Assembly: GCA_039189905.1 (NCBI GenBank)
Contig: JBCCYK010000003.1
Coordinates: forward strand, 13,813 to 77,812
Length of the DNA: 64,000 nt
Direction: 5' to 3'
From: Planctomycetota bacterium
GTDB taxonomy: Bacteria; Planctomycetota; Planctomycetia; Pirellulales; Pirellulaceae
This document shows positions 20,526-29,500 of this stretch, piece by piece. Under the pieces are notes generated by a model that did no database searches, was not told the origin of the DNA, and saw only the letters and a program-made list of their open reading frames with translations. Position 1 is the first letter of the stretch; the number at the start of each line of letters is the position of its first letter. A program made the position numbers and the translations under genes.

Positions 20526-23201
20526 ATGAACAAGGCGTTACTCTCCCTGCTTTTACAGGCGCTGCTCTTGACCACCCTTTCCGCGGTGGATTGCCACGCT
20601 GACTACAAGAATCTCCTCTTCAAGGGCACGACGCGAGACGAAGTTCGAGATTTGTACGATCAATACGTCGCCAAGATCCTGAAAGCGCCACGCGGTGAAG
20701 GGTCATCGGTGCTCGAAGCCCTGGCGGGAGGCAAGGACTTCAAGCAGTCGTTCCTCCTCGCCTGCGTTTCAAACGGATGGCCTGTCCGAGCAGTTGATCT
20801 GGATCGTCAGAACGCGCCGCCAAGTGGAACCTGGGCCTACACCGAGGAAGACTACGGCGGGATCGTCAGGCAGTTTCCAAGCGATTGCAATGACATGCAC
20901 TGCATGGACATCGCTTCGGTACGCGGCTTCCAAGTGAAGTCGCTGTTATTGGGCACCGAGGTTCGGGCAACGCTTTACACCCAGGACGGGTTCCGTGGAA
21001 AAAGCATCCAAACCAATGATTCGTGCCCCGTTCTCGAGATTCCACTGCAGTCGATGCGTCTCCGCCATGCTCCGCGAATCGACTACGTGACCATCAGCGA
21101 CTATGAGACCAACGAGGGGCGTGCCAGTTTTAGACTGCATGTCAGTGGTGCCAATATTGATGACGGGGCGACTCTTCTAGTCGACAAGGCGAAGACCGAC
21201 TCGGAGATCGAAGTGCGCCTCGATAACTCGAGTTGGCTCGGACTGGGAAAGGACGCGGCGCAGGCCGGTTACAACCTGGACCCAACCTTCTACGCCTTTC
21301 CCGTGCTTCACTACGATTCCATTGTTGCCGCCCAAGTAGGCATTCCCTTTGGCCAAACGATCTCGATCGAAGTCCACAACTCAATGGGGCAGGTTTCGAA
21401 CACGTTGCTCTACGAGATCCCAAGCCCAGACAAGCTTGATAGCGATGGCGATGGCCTGCTGGACGCCTGGGAAACCTGCGGCGTGGATGGTCTTGATCTC
21501 GTCGCGTTGGGTGCCAACCCACATCGCAAGGACGTCTATGTTGAGGTCGACCGCATGGTGGTGCCGGGTCGCATTTGGTCCGATTTTTCGGAGACGGACT
21601 ATCCAAGCGAGACCACGTTTGTGGAGTCCGTGCGTTCCTATGCCGCCGCTCCGGTCATCAACCCGGACCGGTCGACCGGCATTGCCTTGCACATCGACTA
21701 TGGCCAAGAAAAGTTTGAGAAGGCAGCCAAGTCGGAAGGTGGAACGGAGATCCCTTGGAGACGCTTTTTGGGATACAAGCGATCGGACGATTTTCGGCGT
21801 AAGTACCCAGAATACTACGACGCTGTCGAGCTCCGAAACGACCCGGCATTCTTTCCACGCTCGCGATCGAGGGTGTTTCGCTATTGCGTGTTCGGAGATC
21901 AACAGTGGTCCAGCCGATCAACGGGCGGTGGAAATTTCGAGTCGACGTTCTTTCTCACGCTGGGCATCTCTCGGATGAACGCCGTGAAACCAAGTTACCA
22001 GACAGGTGTCTTCTTGCATGAGTTGGGCCACATGTTTGGCCTGTCCCACCAAGGAAGCGGGAAGGCCTACAACTACAAGCCCAACTTCAACAGCGTGATG
22101 AACTATCAATTCGTCTTTGAAGGCTGTGACATGGATGGAAAACTGGGTGGTGGCATGCGCGACGAGGTTCCAGGTGACCAAGTCTATTCCTATTCCGAAG
22201 GGATGCGTGCGAAGCTGGATGAAGGGGCCTTGAGGGAAGTGCTCGGGGTGGCCAATCACTACCCACATGATTGGAACGGCGACGGCGTCATCAACAACGA
22301 CCCCGTCAAGGCAATCATCTCCAAGCACCGGCAAACGAGTCAGCCGAGAATCTTGAGAGACTCCGCAGATTGGGCCAAGATGAAGTTCAAGCAGCTTGAC
22401 GACCCCAAGATTGTCGCGCGTGACGCGCCGCCGCAACGTGCACAACAGCCAATTCGGGATGTCGCCCGAGTGCCTCGCGGCGTGGATATCGGATTCAAGT
22501 GCGAAGTGGGAGGCATCATCCAGACCGGTCACTGGAAAGTTGTTGGCACGGTGACCGCCCATGAGCCAGGCAAGGTCACTTTCCGAACGGAGCCGTTTCG
22601 TGTTCGAGACAAAGTTCGCACGGAAGCAAAAACGGGGCATCTCGCCTACCAACTACCGGAAGACCTGCTGATCCCGGTGCAGGTTGGCGATCCCATCACC
22701 ATTCTGCACGACGATCCGAGGAAACCAGAAGGCCTGCAAAAACACATTCACATCGCGTCCGGCAAACAGTTGATTCTTGCGACGTCACGCTTGGGCGAAA
22801 CGCGGGTGCCGAGATCGGCGGATCGGGCTGAGCTGTTGTGTCAGGGACTTCCGGCGGGACGGGTGATCTTCTACTGGTCTGACCCGGATGATGATGACCG
22901 CGAGCAGCCCTTGAAAGAGATGCCCCCAATGCCTTCGGCTGCCACGATCACGGCTCAGATCGATTCGCAGCCTGATTTTGTGGAACGCGCAAGAAAGGGT
23001 TATCAACCCATCAAGCTGGGAAAAACGGGGTACCTGTTCCGGATCTTGGACAAAATGCAGCAGCATGGTGACGCGAAAGTTCGAGATGCTCCTGAGGATT
23101 CCGGGGCACGGACGAATGACGGCTTGGAACGCTTTAGCTCGGATGGACAGCCTGACGCAATAGGCTTGTTGATCAGGTCGATGGAAGCAGATCCCCAATG
23201 A
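20526..23201 (+). CDS. secreted multidomain zinc metalloprotease (metzincin-type HExxHxxGxxH)
   Basis: Signal peptide MNKALLSLLLQALLLTTLSAVDC. Also has a Ca-binding-like DSDGDGLLDAWE motif, the zinc site HELGHMFGLSH, and a ~330-aa C-terminal region with no recognisable motifs. Confidence 0.75.
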   Translation: MNKALLSLLLQALLLTTLSAVDCHADYKNLLFKGTTRDEVRDLYDQYVAKILKAPRGEGSSVLEALAGGKDFKQSFLLACVSNGWPVRAVDLDRQNAPPSGTWAYTEEDYGGIVRQFPSDCNDMHCMDIASVRGFQVKSLLLGTEVRATLYTQDGFRGKSIQTNDSCPVLEIPLQSMRLRHAPRIDYVTISDYETNEGRASFRLHVSGANIDDGATLLVDKAKTDSEIEVRLDNSSWLGLGKDAAQAGYNLDPTFYAFPVLHYDSIVAAQVGIPFGQTISIEVHNSMGQVSNTLLYEIPSPDKLDSDGDGLLDAWETCGVDGLDLVALGANPHRKDVYVEVDRMVVPGRIWSDFSETDYPSETTFVESVRSYAAAPVINPDRSTGIALHIDYGQEKFEKAAKSEGGTEIPWRRFLGYKRSDDFRRKYPEYYDAVELRNDPAFFPRSRSRVFRYCVFGDQQWSSRSTGGGNFESTFFLTLGISRMNAVKPSYQTGVFLHELGHMFGLSHQGSGKAYNYKPNFNSVMNYQFVFEGCDMDGKLGGGMRDEVPGDQVYSYSEGMRAKLDEGALREVLGVANHYPHDWNGDGVINNDPVKAIISKHRQTSQPRILRDSADWAKMKFKQLDDPKIVARDAPPQRAQQPIRDVARVPRGVDIGFKCEVGGIIQTGHWKVVGTVTAHEPGKVTFRTEPFRVRDKVRTEAKTGHLAYQLPEDLLIPVQVGDPITILHDDPRKPEGLQKHIHIASGKQLILATSRLGETRVPRSADRAELLCQGLPAGRVIFYWSDPDDDDREQPLKEMPPMPSAATITAQIDSQPDFVERARKGYQPIKLGKTGYLFRILDKMQQHGDAKVRDAPEDSGARTNDGLERFSSDGQPDAIGLLIRSMEADPQ

Positions 23202-24333
23202 ATTGGTCGGCGTATCGGGCATTGACCGCGCGGGCGTGATCCCAAATCGTGCTTGTGGTCCCGATGTGTTGCACCAAGCTAGGTGAGGGAAAAATCAGCG
23301 GGATGTCCTGTTCTTTCGCGATCTGGCCGAGCACGACGTCGATCTTTGAGAGCCCGTCCCGTCCCGGCTGGCTCCGATGCGCCAGCAAGGCGGGCGAAGT
23401 CAGGATCTGCTTCACGGCCGCGTTGGAAAAGACAAAGGCAACCGCACCCCAAACCCAGCTTTCAGGAAAAAGGTGCCATCCAGCCGTGCTTTGGTTGTAT
23501 TTCTTGGAACAGTAAAGGGAGGCCATGCAGGGTCCATCCCATGGCCATAGCACACGTTCCAGGTAGTGCTTGGTCGCGTCAGAGGGAACAAAGACGGCAT
23601 CATCCTGGATGAGCATGAATGCGTCGGCGTGCGGGCGACGCATGTAGAGTTCTGATAGGGACAGGAAGTAGTTTGGAAACGCACCGAGGGCCGGTGTGCG
23701 GTGACAGAAGTTCAGTGAGGAAAAAGCTTCCGGAATGGCGACTTCTCCGTCCAAGAACAAAACGGGGTCCTTCCATCCAGCTTGAATCACAGATTCCGCG
23801 CACGATTGCAGCGTTGGCAGCCTGCGCGGCGCCGTCGTGATGCCTACCGACCAATTTCGAACGTGTCCTTGCGGATGCGACGTTGACTCTGCTGGGATGG
23901 GCAGAACACGTTCAATGTCATCGGCAACGATCCCCGCGAGATGTCCGTACTGCTTCCGCGCGGAGTCCTGTGTGTCATCCTCGTCAAAACTCACGGCCGG
24001 CAAACACTTCTCAGCCCAAGCACCTAGCTTGGCGGCTTTCTCGACGGAGCAACTCGGGGTTCCGTTTTCGCGTACGATCCTTTCAGCCAGACCGACCAGT
24101 AACGAAGCAACGATCGAGTTGGGGTGTGTCTTACTGGGCTTATGAGATTGACAACAAGCCTGGCACGCGGCCAGCGGCACCGTCAATGCCGGATGTTCAT
24201 CGACCCCGCAGATTTCAGCCAGCAAGCCGCAGATGGCGGTTTCGCTGTCCGCGGCAAGTCCCTTGCCAGGGACCTTTAGCAAAGGCTTGCGGAAAACGCA
24301 GGCCTCAACGCTCCCTATCTCAGTCTTGACCAT
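23173..24333 (-). CDS. GT-A-fold glycosyltransferase-like protein with N-terminal 5-Cys domain
   Basis: N-terminal pattern C-x-FR, CGLL, C, CxxC. The GT-A-like core is WSVGITTAPRRLPTL followed by LIQDDAVFVP (DxD-like). The ATG at 24333 is preferred to the GTG at 24390 because it aligns with the paralogous N-terminus of the 24776 gene. Confidence 0.6.
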   Translation of the reverse strand: MVKTEIGSVEACVFRKPLLKVPGKGLAADSETAICGLLAEICGVDEHPALTVPLAACQACCQSHKPSKTHPNSIVASLLVGLAERIVRENGTPSCSVEKAAKLGAWAEKCLPAVSFDEDDTQDSARKQYGHLAGIVADDIERVLPIPAESTSHPQGHVRNWSVGITTAPRRLPTLQSCAESVIQAGWKDPVLFLDGEVAIPEAFSSLNFCHRTPALGAFPNYFLSLSELYMRRPHADAFMLIQDDAVFVPSDATKHYLERVLWPWDGPCMASLYCSKKYNQSTAGWHLFPESWVWGAVAFVFSNAAVKQILTSPALLAHRSQPGRDGLSKIDVVLGQIAKEQDIPLIFPSPSLVQHIGTTSTIWDHARAVNARYADQFIGDLLPST

Positions 24334-24370
24334 CCGAGAAAGAAACCCAGAAGACTCCGCGGCCACACGA

Positions 24371-24397
24371 ACGGGGTGCGAAACACGCACACCCCGT
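24371..24397 (-). terminator. intercistronic GC-rich hairpin (possible attenuator or partial terminator)
   Basis: Minus-strand ACGGGGUG-(11 nt)-CACCCCGU forms a perfect 8-bp stem, with alternative inner pairing GUGCG/CGCAC. It lies 36 nt after the stop of the 83-codon ORF and 38 nt before the glycosyltransferase ATG. There is no clean U-tract. Confidence 0.35.
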
Positions 24398-24432
24398 GAA
24401 CGAGATCAACCGAATCAGGACGCCAGGCAGTC

Positions 24433-24684
24433 CTAGCTCGCCAAAACACAAGAAGTGGCCCGAAGCTGCCCGTCAAACTCGCCTGGAACAGTCGGTGGCA
24501 GGCTCGCCATCGCACCTTCGACGGGACAGTCTTTCTTGATATGCCACTGCGCACCATCATAGCGCCACAAAGTATAGCCGAGCCCCTCAGGTCCACTGGA
24601 TTGCTTTGGTTCTCCGGCATTGCGAGCGCCAGTCATATTTCGAACGGTTGCCCTTTGCATGAAATCCCTCACTTCGTTAGGCAT
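24433..24684 (-). CDS. small hypothetical protein (83 aa)
   Basis: ATG-initiated ORF directly downstream of an AT-rich divergent intergenic region. The sequence is protein-like (GYTLWRYDGAQWHIKKDCPVEG, TSCVLAS). The overlapping alternative-frame ORF 24315-24620 looks like junk. No homology is recognisable by eye. Confidence 0.4.
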   Translation of the reverse strand: MPNEVRDFMQRATVRNMTGARNAGEPKQSSGPEGLGYTLWRYDGAQWHIKKDCPVEGAMASLPPTVPGEFDGQLRATSCVLAS

Positions 24685-24775
24685 AAATGATGTAGACTCT
24701 CAAACTTAAAGATTCGCCCCAGGGCATAGTTTACCGTCTTTTGCTGTATGCCGAAACTCGGCGTCCCAATGATTT

Positions 24776-26578
24776 ATGACGCTGGATATCTCCTGTAAGT
24801 TTCGCCACAGCCTCCGTGCGTCTGACGGTCACGAGAAGGCGACATGCGGTTTGCTCCAAAAGTTACTGCTAGAACACCCAGATGACCCAGACAGCACTTG
24901 TGAGGTCAAGCGAGATGCTTGTATCGCCTGCAGTCGGTCACGACCCGTCGTCAGTGATCTGATCGGCGGGCCATTTGCCTCCATACTCAGCAATGCATGC
25001 GAGCGGAAACTACAACGGTTGGCGGTTGGTACAGCGAACTTTCAACATGTCTCGACATTAAATCAGATCGCCGACCAAGCGGTCCTTTCTCCTAACGGTT
25101 TGAAGCGCGCAGTCACCTGTGATGTCATTGTCTGGTGTGGATCACGATCATCTGCATCCCATCGGTCGATTAACAGCGTCCTCAATCAGTTGCTCGCCGA
25201 AACAACCGTTCACATCATCATCCCCGAATCAATAGAGGCTCGTTCCAGCGCACACGACGAGGAACTAGCGTCTCATTTCGGCTCCCGGTATGACGTTCGA
25301 ATCCACCGACTAAAGCATGTGATGACGCCTCTGCAGGCGGTTCACGAACTTGCTCCGAAACTACGAAGCGAGTTTATCGCGTTGCAAGATGCGGCGGCGA
25401 CTTCACTTCCCAAGCGGATTGAGTCAGCCATTAATGAGTTACGCAGACACGGAGCAGACTTTATCGGTTCACCGCTGGGCACGATTTTTGGCGACATCGA
25501 CGTTCCGGCGGACCCCGGTTCCAGGTTCGAACCTTCCATCCCGTGGCCCACCCTCGTCTTTCGTCGAGCCACGTTCCTGGATCTTGGGGGCGTTTCCGAT
25601 CGCAAAGAGGACGCTGACATCGAACTCCTTTATCGAGCGCACGCCTGCGGGGCAAAAATCGTTTCAATGCCTTGGGCAACCGTCCAGTTAGATCGACCGT
25701 GGGAACCTGCTAAATGTGAGGCAAAACCTGACTATTCAATGCGGTTTGGATCGCTACGTCACCACGCTTTGGGTTTCCCCAAAGTGACTGTCGCATGCGA
25801 CGTCGTCCTGCCCATTTATGGCCAACTTGATTATGTACGCCCCGCCCTTGAAAGCATCATGGAACAAGAGGATGCGGAAGCGATTGTCCACCTTGTGGAC
25901 GACTGCGGTCCCGAAGACGTGTCCGAACTTTTTCGCTACTGGGGAAGCCATCCAAGGGTTCGGCTGTATCGCAACCAGCGCAATCTGGGCCAGTACACGT
26001 CGTTCAACAATGTTTCGGATTTCTTTGAGACCGAACTCGTTGCGATTCAAGACGGCGATGACATCAGCTTGCCGCATCGCTTATCCGTCAGTGGCAATCT
26101 CTTAGAACTGGCCGACGGAGATTACTTTGCAGCCACGATGGAGCAGTTTGGAACGGCGGATGCTTTGCCCAATCGTCGGTCGAGATTCCCACAGGGGGCT
26201 CCTTCTGCCAACTACTTTGCAATGAACCCGACAGCTTGTTTTCGGGTCGCAATGTTCCGATCGCTTGGTGGGTTCGCGGATTACGGGGCTCATGAGCGCA
26301 ACCGTTGTGGCCTAGACACTGAGTTCATGAACCGCGCGTACCATTGCGAGCGGAGGTTTGCTGTGTCGACTTCCGTGGTCACACGGCACCGCATTCATGC
26401 GGCGGCCGCGACGCAGCGATCCGACACGGGTTTCGGTTCGCTGTTGCGAAATCAGGCTGACATGGAAGCACGACGGCGTATCGACCTGCTGCGAAACTCC
26501 CGGATGGATCCTCGGTACTTTGGTGGCCTGGGCAATCACCGCAGCCTGACGCAACGTTTGATGCCGGGCGCGTCTTAG
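24776..26578 (+). CDS. tandem GT2-family glycosyltransferase with N-terminal 5-Cys domain
   Basis: The N-terminus (ISCKFRHSL, ATCGLL, STCEV, DACIAC) is paralogous to the 23173-24333 protein. The first GT2-like module is degenerate (IALQDAAATSLPKRI). The second is canonical (DVVLPIYGQLDYV, VHLVDDCGPED, AIQDGDDISLPHRL). Confidence 0.75.
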   Translation: MTLDISCKFRHSLRASDGHEKATCGLLQKLLLEHPDDPDSTCEVKRDACIACSRSRPVVSDLIGGPFASILSNACERKLQRLAVGTANFQHVSTLNQIADQAVLSPNGLKRAVTCDVIVWCGSRSSASHRSINSVLNQLLAETTVHIIIPESIEARSSAHDEELASHFGSRYDVRIHRLKHVMTPLQAVHELAPKLRSEFIALQDAAATSLPKRIESAINELRRHGADFIGSPLGTIFGDIDVPADPGSRFEPSIPWPTLVFRRATFLDLGGVSDRKEDADIELLYRAHACGAKIVSMPWATVQLDRPWEPAKCEAKPDYSMRFGSLRHHALGFPKVTVACDVVLPIYGQLDYVRPALESIMEQEDAEAIVHLVDDCGPEDVSELFRYWGSHPRVRLYRNQRNLGQYTSFNNVSDFFETELVAIQDGDDISLPHRLSVSGNLLELADGDYFAATMEQFGTADALPNRRSRFPQGAPSANYFAMNPTACFRVAMFRSLGGFADYGAHERNRCGLDTEFMNRAYHCERRFAVSTSVVTRHRIHAAAATQRSDTGFGSLLRNQADMEARRRIDLLRNSRMDPRYFGGLGNHRSLTQRLMPGAS

Positions 26579-29500
26579 TGGTCGTTGTCGTTTGCAGCGG
26601 TGGGATGCGAACGGAATAGTCGAAAACCGTAGAAACTTCGTGAAGAGCCCGGCTCGGACCACCCCAGATAGCGAGGTTCTGTGCTTTCTCCTTCAAGACT
26701 TACACGAAAGTCAAACCCACAAAGCTGATTCCGGGTTGCATCGCCTGGGTCAATGTCATTGGCCCACTCGCGCACATTGAGATACATGTCGAAAATCCCG
26801 AAGCCGTTGGGGCGGGCGGCACCCACCGACCAAGAGCCTGCCCGGTCTGCCTCCCAGGAAAGTGCGTAACCGACATGCAGACCGTCCGTGATCGGTCCCG
26901 GACCACCTGATCCACTCCCGAAGGAGTAATCCGTGATCGCACCGCTGGAGCAGGCGAAGAACCACTCCTCGGCCATGGGAAGACGATATCCTGTGCGACT
27001 TCGGTAATCAGGGTAGATCCGAGCTGGTGGATCGTTCGGATTCTGTCGATCTGGATAGCAGAGTTGGTCGTCGGCGAGCCCTTCTTGTTTGGAGAGCCAG
27101 TTGCAGAATGCGACACACTCGTGATACGTAACATTGCCGGCCGCGACGCGGTCCTTGACGCCCGACCATTTGAACTCCTTAACACCGTCTCTTCGCCAAG
27201 TCTTCAGTTGCCCCAACGTGGTCTCGGCCGCCGCGATTTCGATGCGATACCTGTCCTCAGCTTCATGTTGAGGCAGTCGCACCATGGTCTGACCAATCGA
27301 GTTGACATACCAATCGGCCGCATCGTCGCGCAACTGACTCTTGGATTCAAACTGCTCGTTGGCCCAGTGCCCTTGATTCCACCGCTGCAGCAACCAATAG
27401 GCGTTCCCTCGTAGGACTGCCGTGGGGGCACTGAGAATCCAGCCTTTTGACAAAGTGATGACTTGTTCTCGGAGGCTCGCGTCCACCTCGGAGGGATCGA
27501 ACTCTCCCAGGACCTGGATCAAACCGCACTGCATCCGGAGATCCTGCTCGACAAGCAACTTCCTGGCCATCGGAGTCGGATCCGCCTGGAAGAGTCTGGC
27601 ACGTTGTACCAATCGCGTTCTTGCGTTCGGGATGGTGGTCCGACCGAAAGTGACCTCACGATAGCGCTGACTCAACGACTCAAAGCCGCCTTCTTCATTG
27701 AGTCGCGTCCAATGCTTCGACGGCAGGAGGCGTCGCAGCTCCGAACGAATCCAGTCCTCTGACTCTTCCATTTGCGCGGAACCCGTGGAGTCGGGTACTA
27801 AGACGGCCCAGACGTCCGCTGTGGTGATGTCGTGGCGAAGCAGGAGGGCTGCTGCTGTTGCCTTCCGCAAGGCAACCAGGATCCAACCCTCATCCCTCAA
27901 ACGGACGGGTTTTTGAATCGCTGTTTCTAGAACAGGCCGCACATTTTCGAAATGTTTGTCAATCAAGTCCTGCGATGCGAGGATCTGTTCCACGTCGGCA
28001 CCCAACAAGATGTCAACATACTCCGGAACGCGTTGCTCAAGCAGGCGGACCAACAGGTCCTGAGCCGCCGACTTCCGGAGCGTCCGGCCAACGGAATCCC
28101 CCGAGATCATGGCACTTGCAAGCGGATCGATCAGCGGGTCGACGGCTGGTTGTACCAGCTCCACCATCTGACTGAAGCTGGTCCGGTCAATGTTGGCAAA
28201 GTGAATGAGTTCTTCGGCAGCAAATGCGGCGTGTTCTCGCCAACGCTCATTGATTAGGTCATCGCCGCCCGGTGGATCGAGTTGGGCAAGTGCCATCAAG
28301 GCATTGAGCCGAGGATGATACGGCCGCCCCATTGGGTTGGTGGCCCGTTGCAGCGTCGTGTCACCGGCACACTTCCAGAGATAGTTGACCCATGCCGACC
28401 GTTGCGGCCTCAACTCGTTGCAAAGGACCCACAGAGTCTCAGGATCGCTCCGAAGAAGCGCTGGCTGGATCGTGGCGGCTTCCTCCTCGACCGCGGTGTG
28501 CTCGATCCGCCGCAATGCGAGGCTTGAGAAAAGGTGCCTGTTGGTCCCCGGTGGGTTTTGAACCCGGATGGACTTGAGTGGTTTCAAACTCCAATGACCA
28601 CGCTTCTCCAACGCGTCGAGTAGCCCGCTCAGCCCGCTTGGTTCCGCCACTTCGAGTTGCTGCGCCAGCGATCTGGCATGATTCCATCGTAAGAACTCAC
28701 GACAGCCAAAGACGCACACGAGGATCAAAACTGCAGTGGCCACCAAGAACCGTCCATGCCTTCGACCGGCGCTCCCCATCATTCCGGATTCAGTCTCGTT
28801 CCAACGGCTCTTGCTCGTAAACGCGTGGATTGCGATCCACTCGGTGATCGTTGGAAGGTGCCTTGGCTCGGGGCGCGTCCCCCAGACCTCGGCACGCTGA
28901 GCCAACCGCAGTTCAGCCTGCCCTCGCCGTGTTCCTCGCTGCATCCGGGATTGCCATTCGCGAATCGCAGGCACCAGATAGTCGTGTGCAAGCTGATAAA
29001 ACTCATCTTGAACGACATCAACCGCTTGAGGGCTGGAAAACGATCCGGACTGGCTAGTCGAGTTATCCCCGCGACCGCCTTGCGTTGTTCGGGTGATGAG
29101 GTGGAGGTCGTTATCCAACGTGCGAATAAGCGATTGGAACTGCTTGGGTTGAGCGGCATATCCGGAAATGGCGAGCAACTCTTCGTGGGAACGCATGTGC
29201 CCTTTGAGATTGGTCCCCGGCTGGGGCAATAAGGACCCCAGTGTCTCGTAGACCGCTTGAAGATGCACGGCATGTTCGGCGGGCGCGTTGGGGGACGAGA
29301 AGTTCTCCTCCAGGAACAGCACACCGACGCCTTTGGTTCCTCCAATTTGCTTCAGCGTTGCCGTGCTCCACGGGCGGGACTTGATCATTTCGGCGAACAA
29401 CGCGATCCGAACGGGGATCACTTTCCCATTCTCGGCCAGCCCGGCAATGGCCTGCTCGATGAACGCACGTTCGTCGCGGCTGAGGTCCGATGGGTTTTTG

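Noticed and set aside
26578-27312. FGE/C-type-lectin-fold C-terminus of the giant kinase as a diversity-generating retroelement (DGR) target
   Set aside because: DGRs need a nearby reverse transcriptase and a template repeat that closely matches the variable region. I saw no RT-like ORF in the window and noticed no second copy of this segment.
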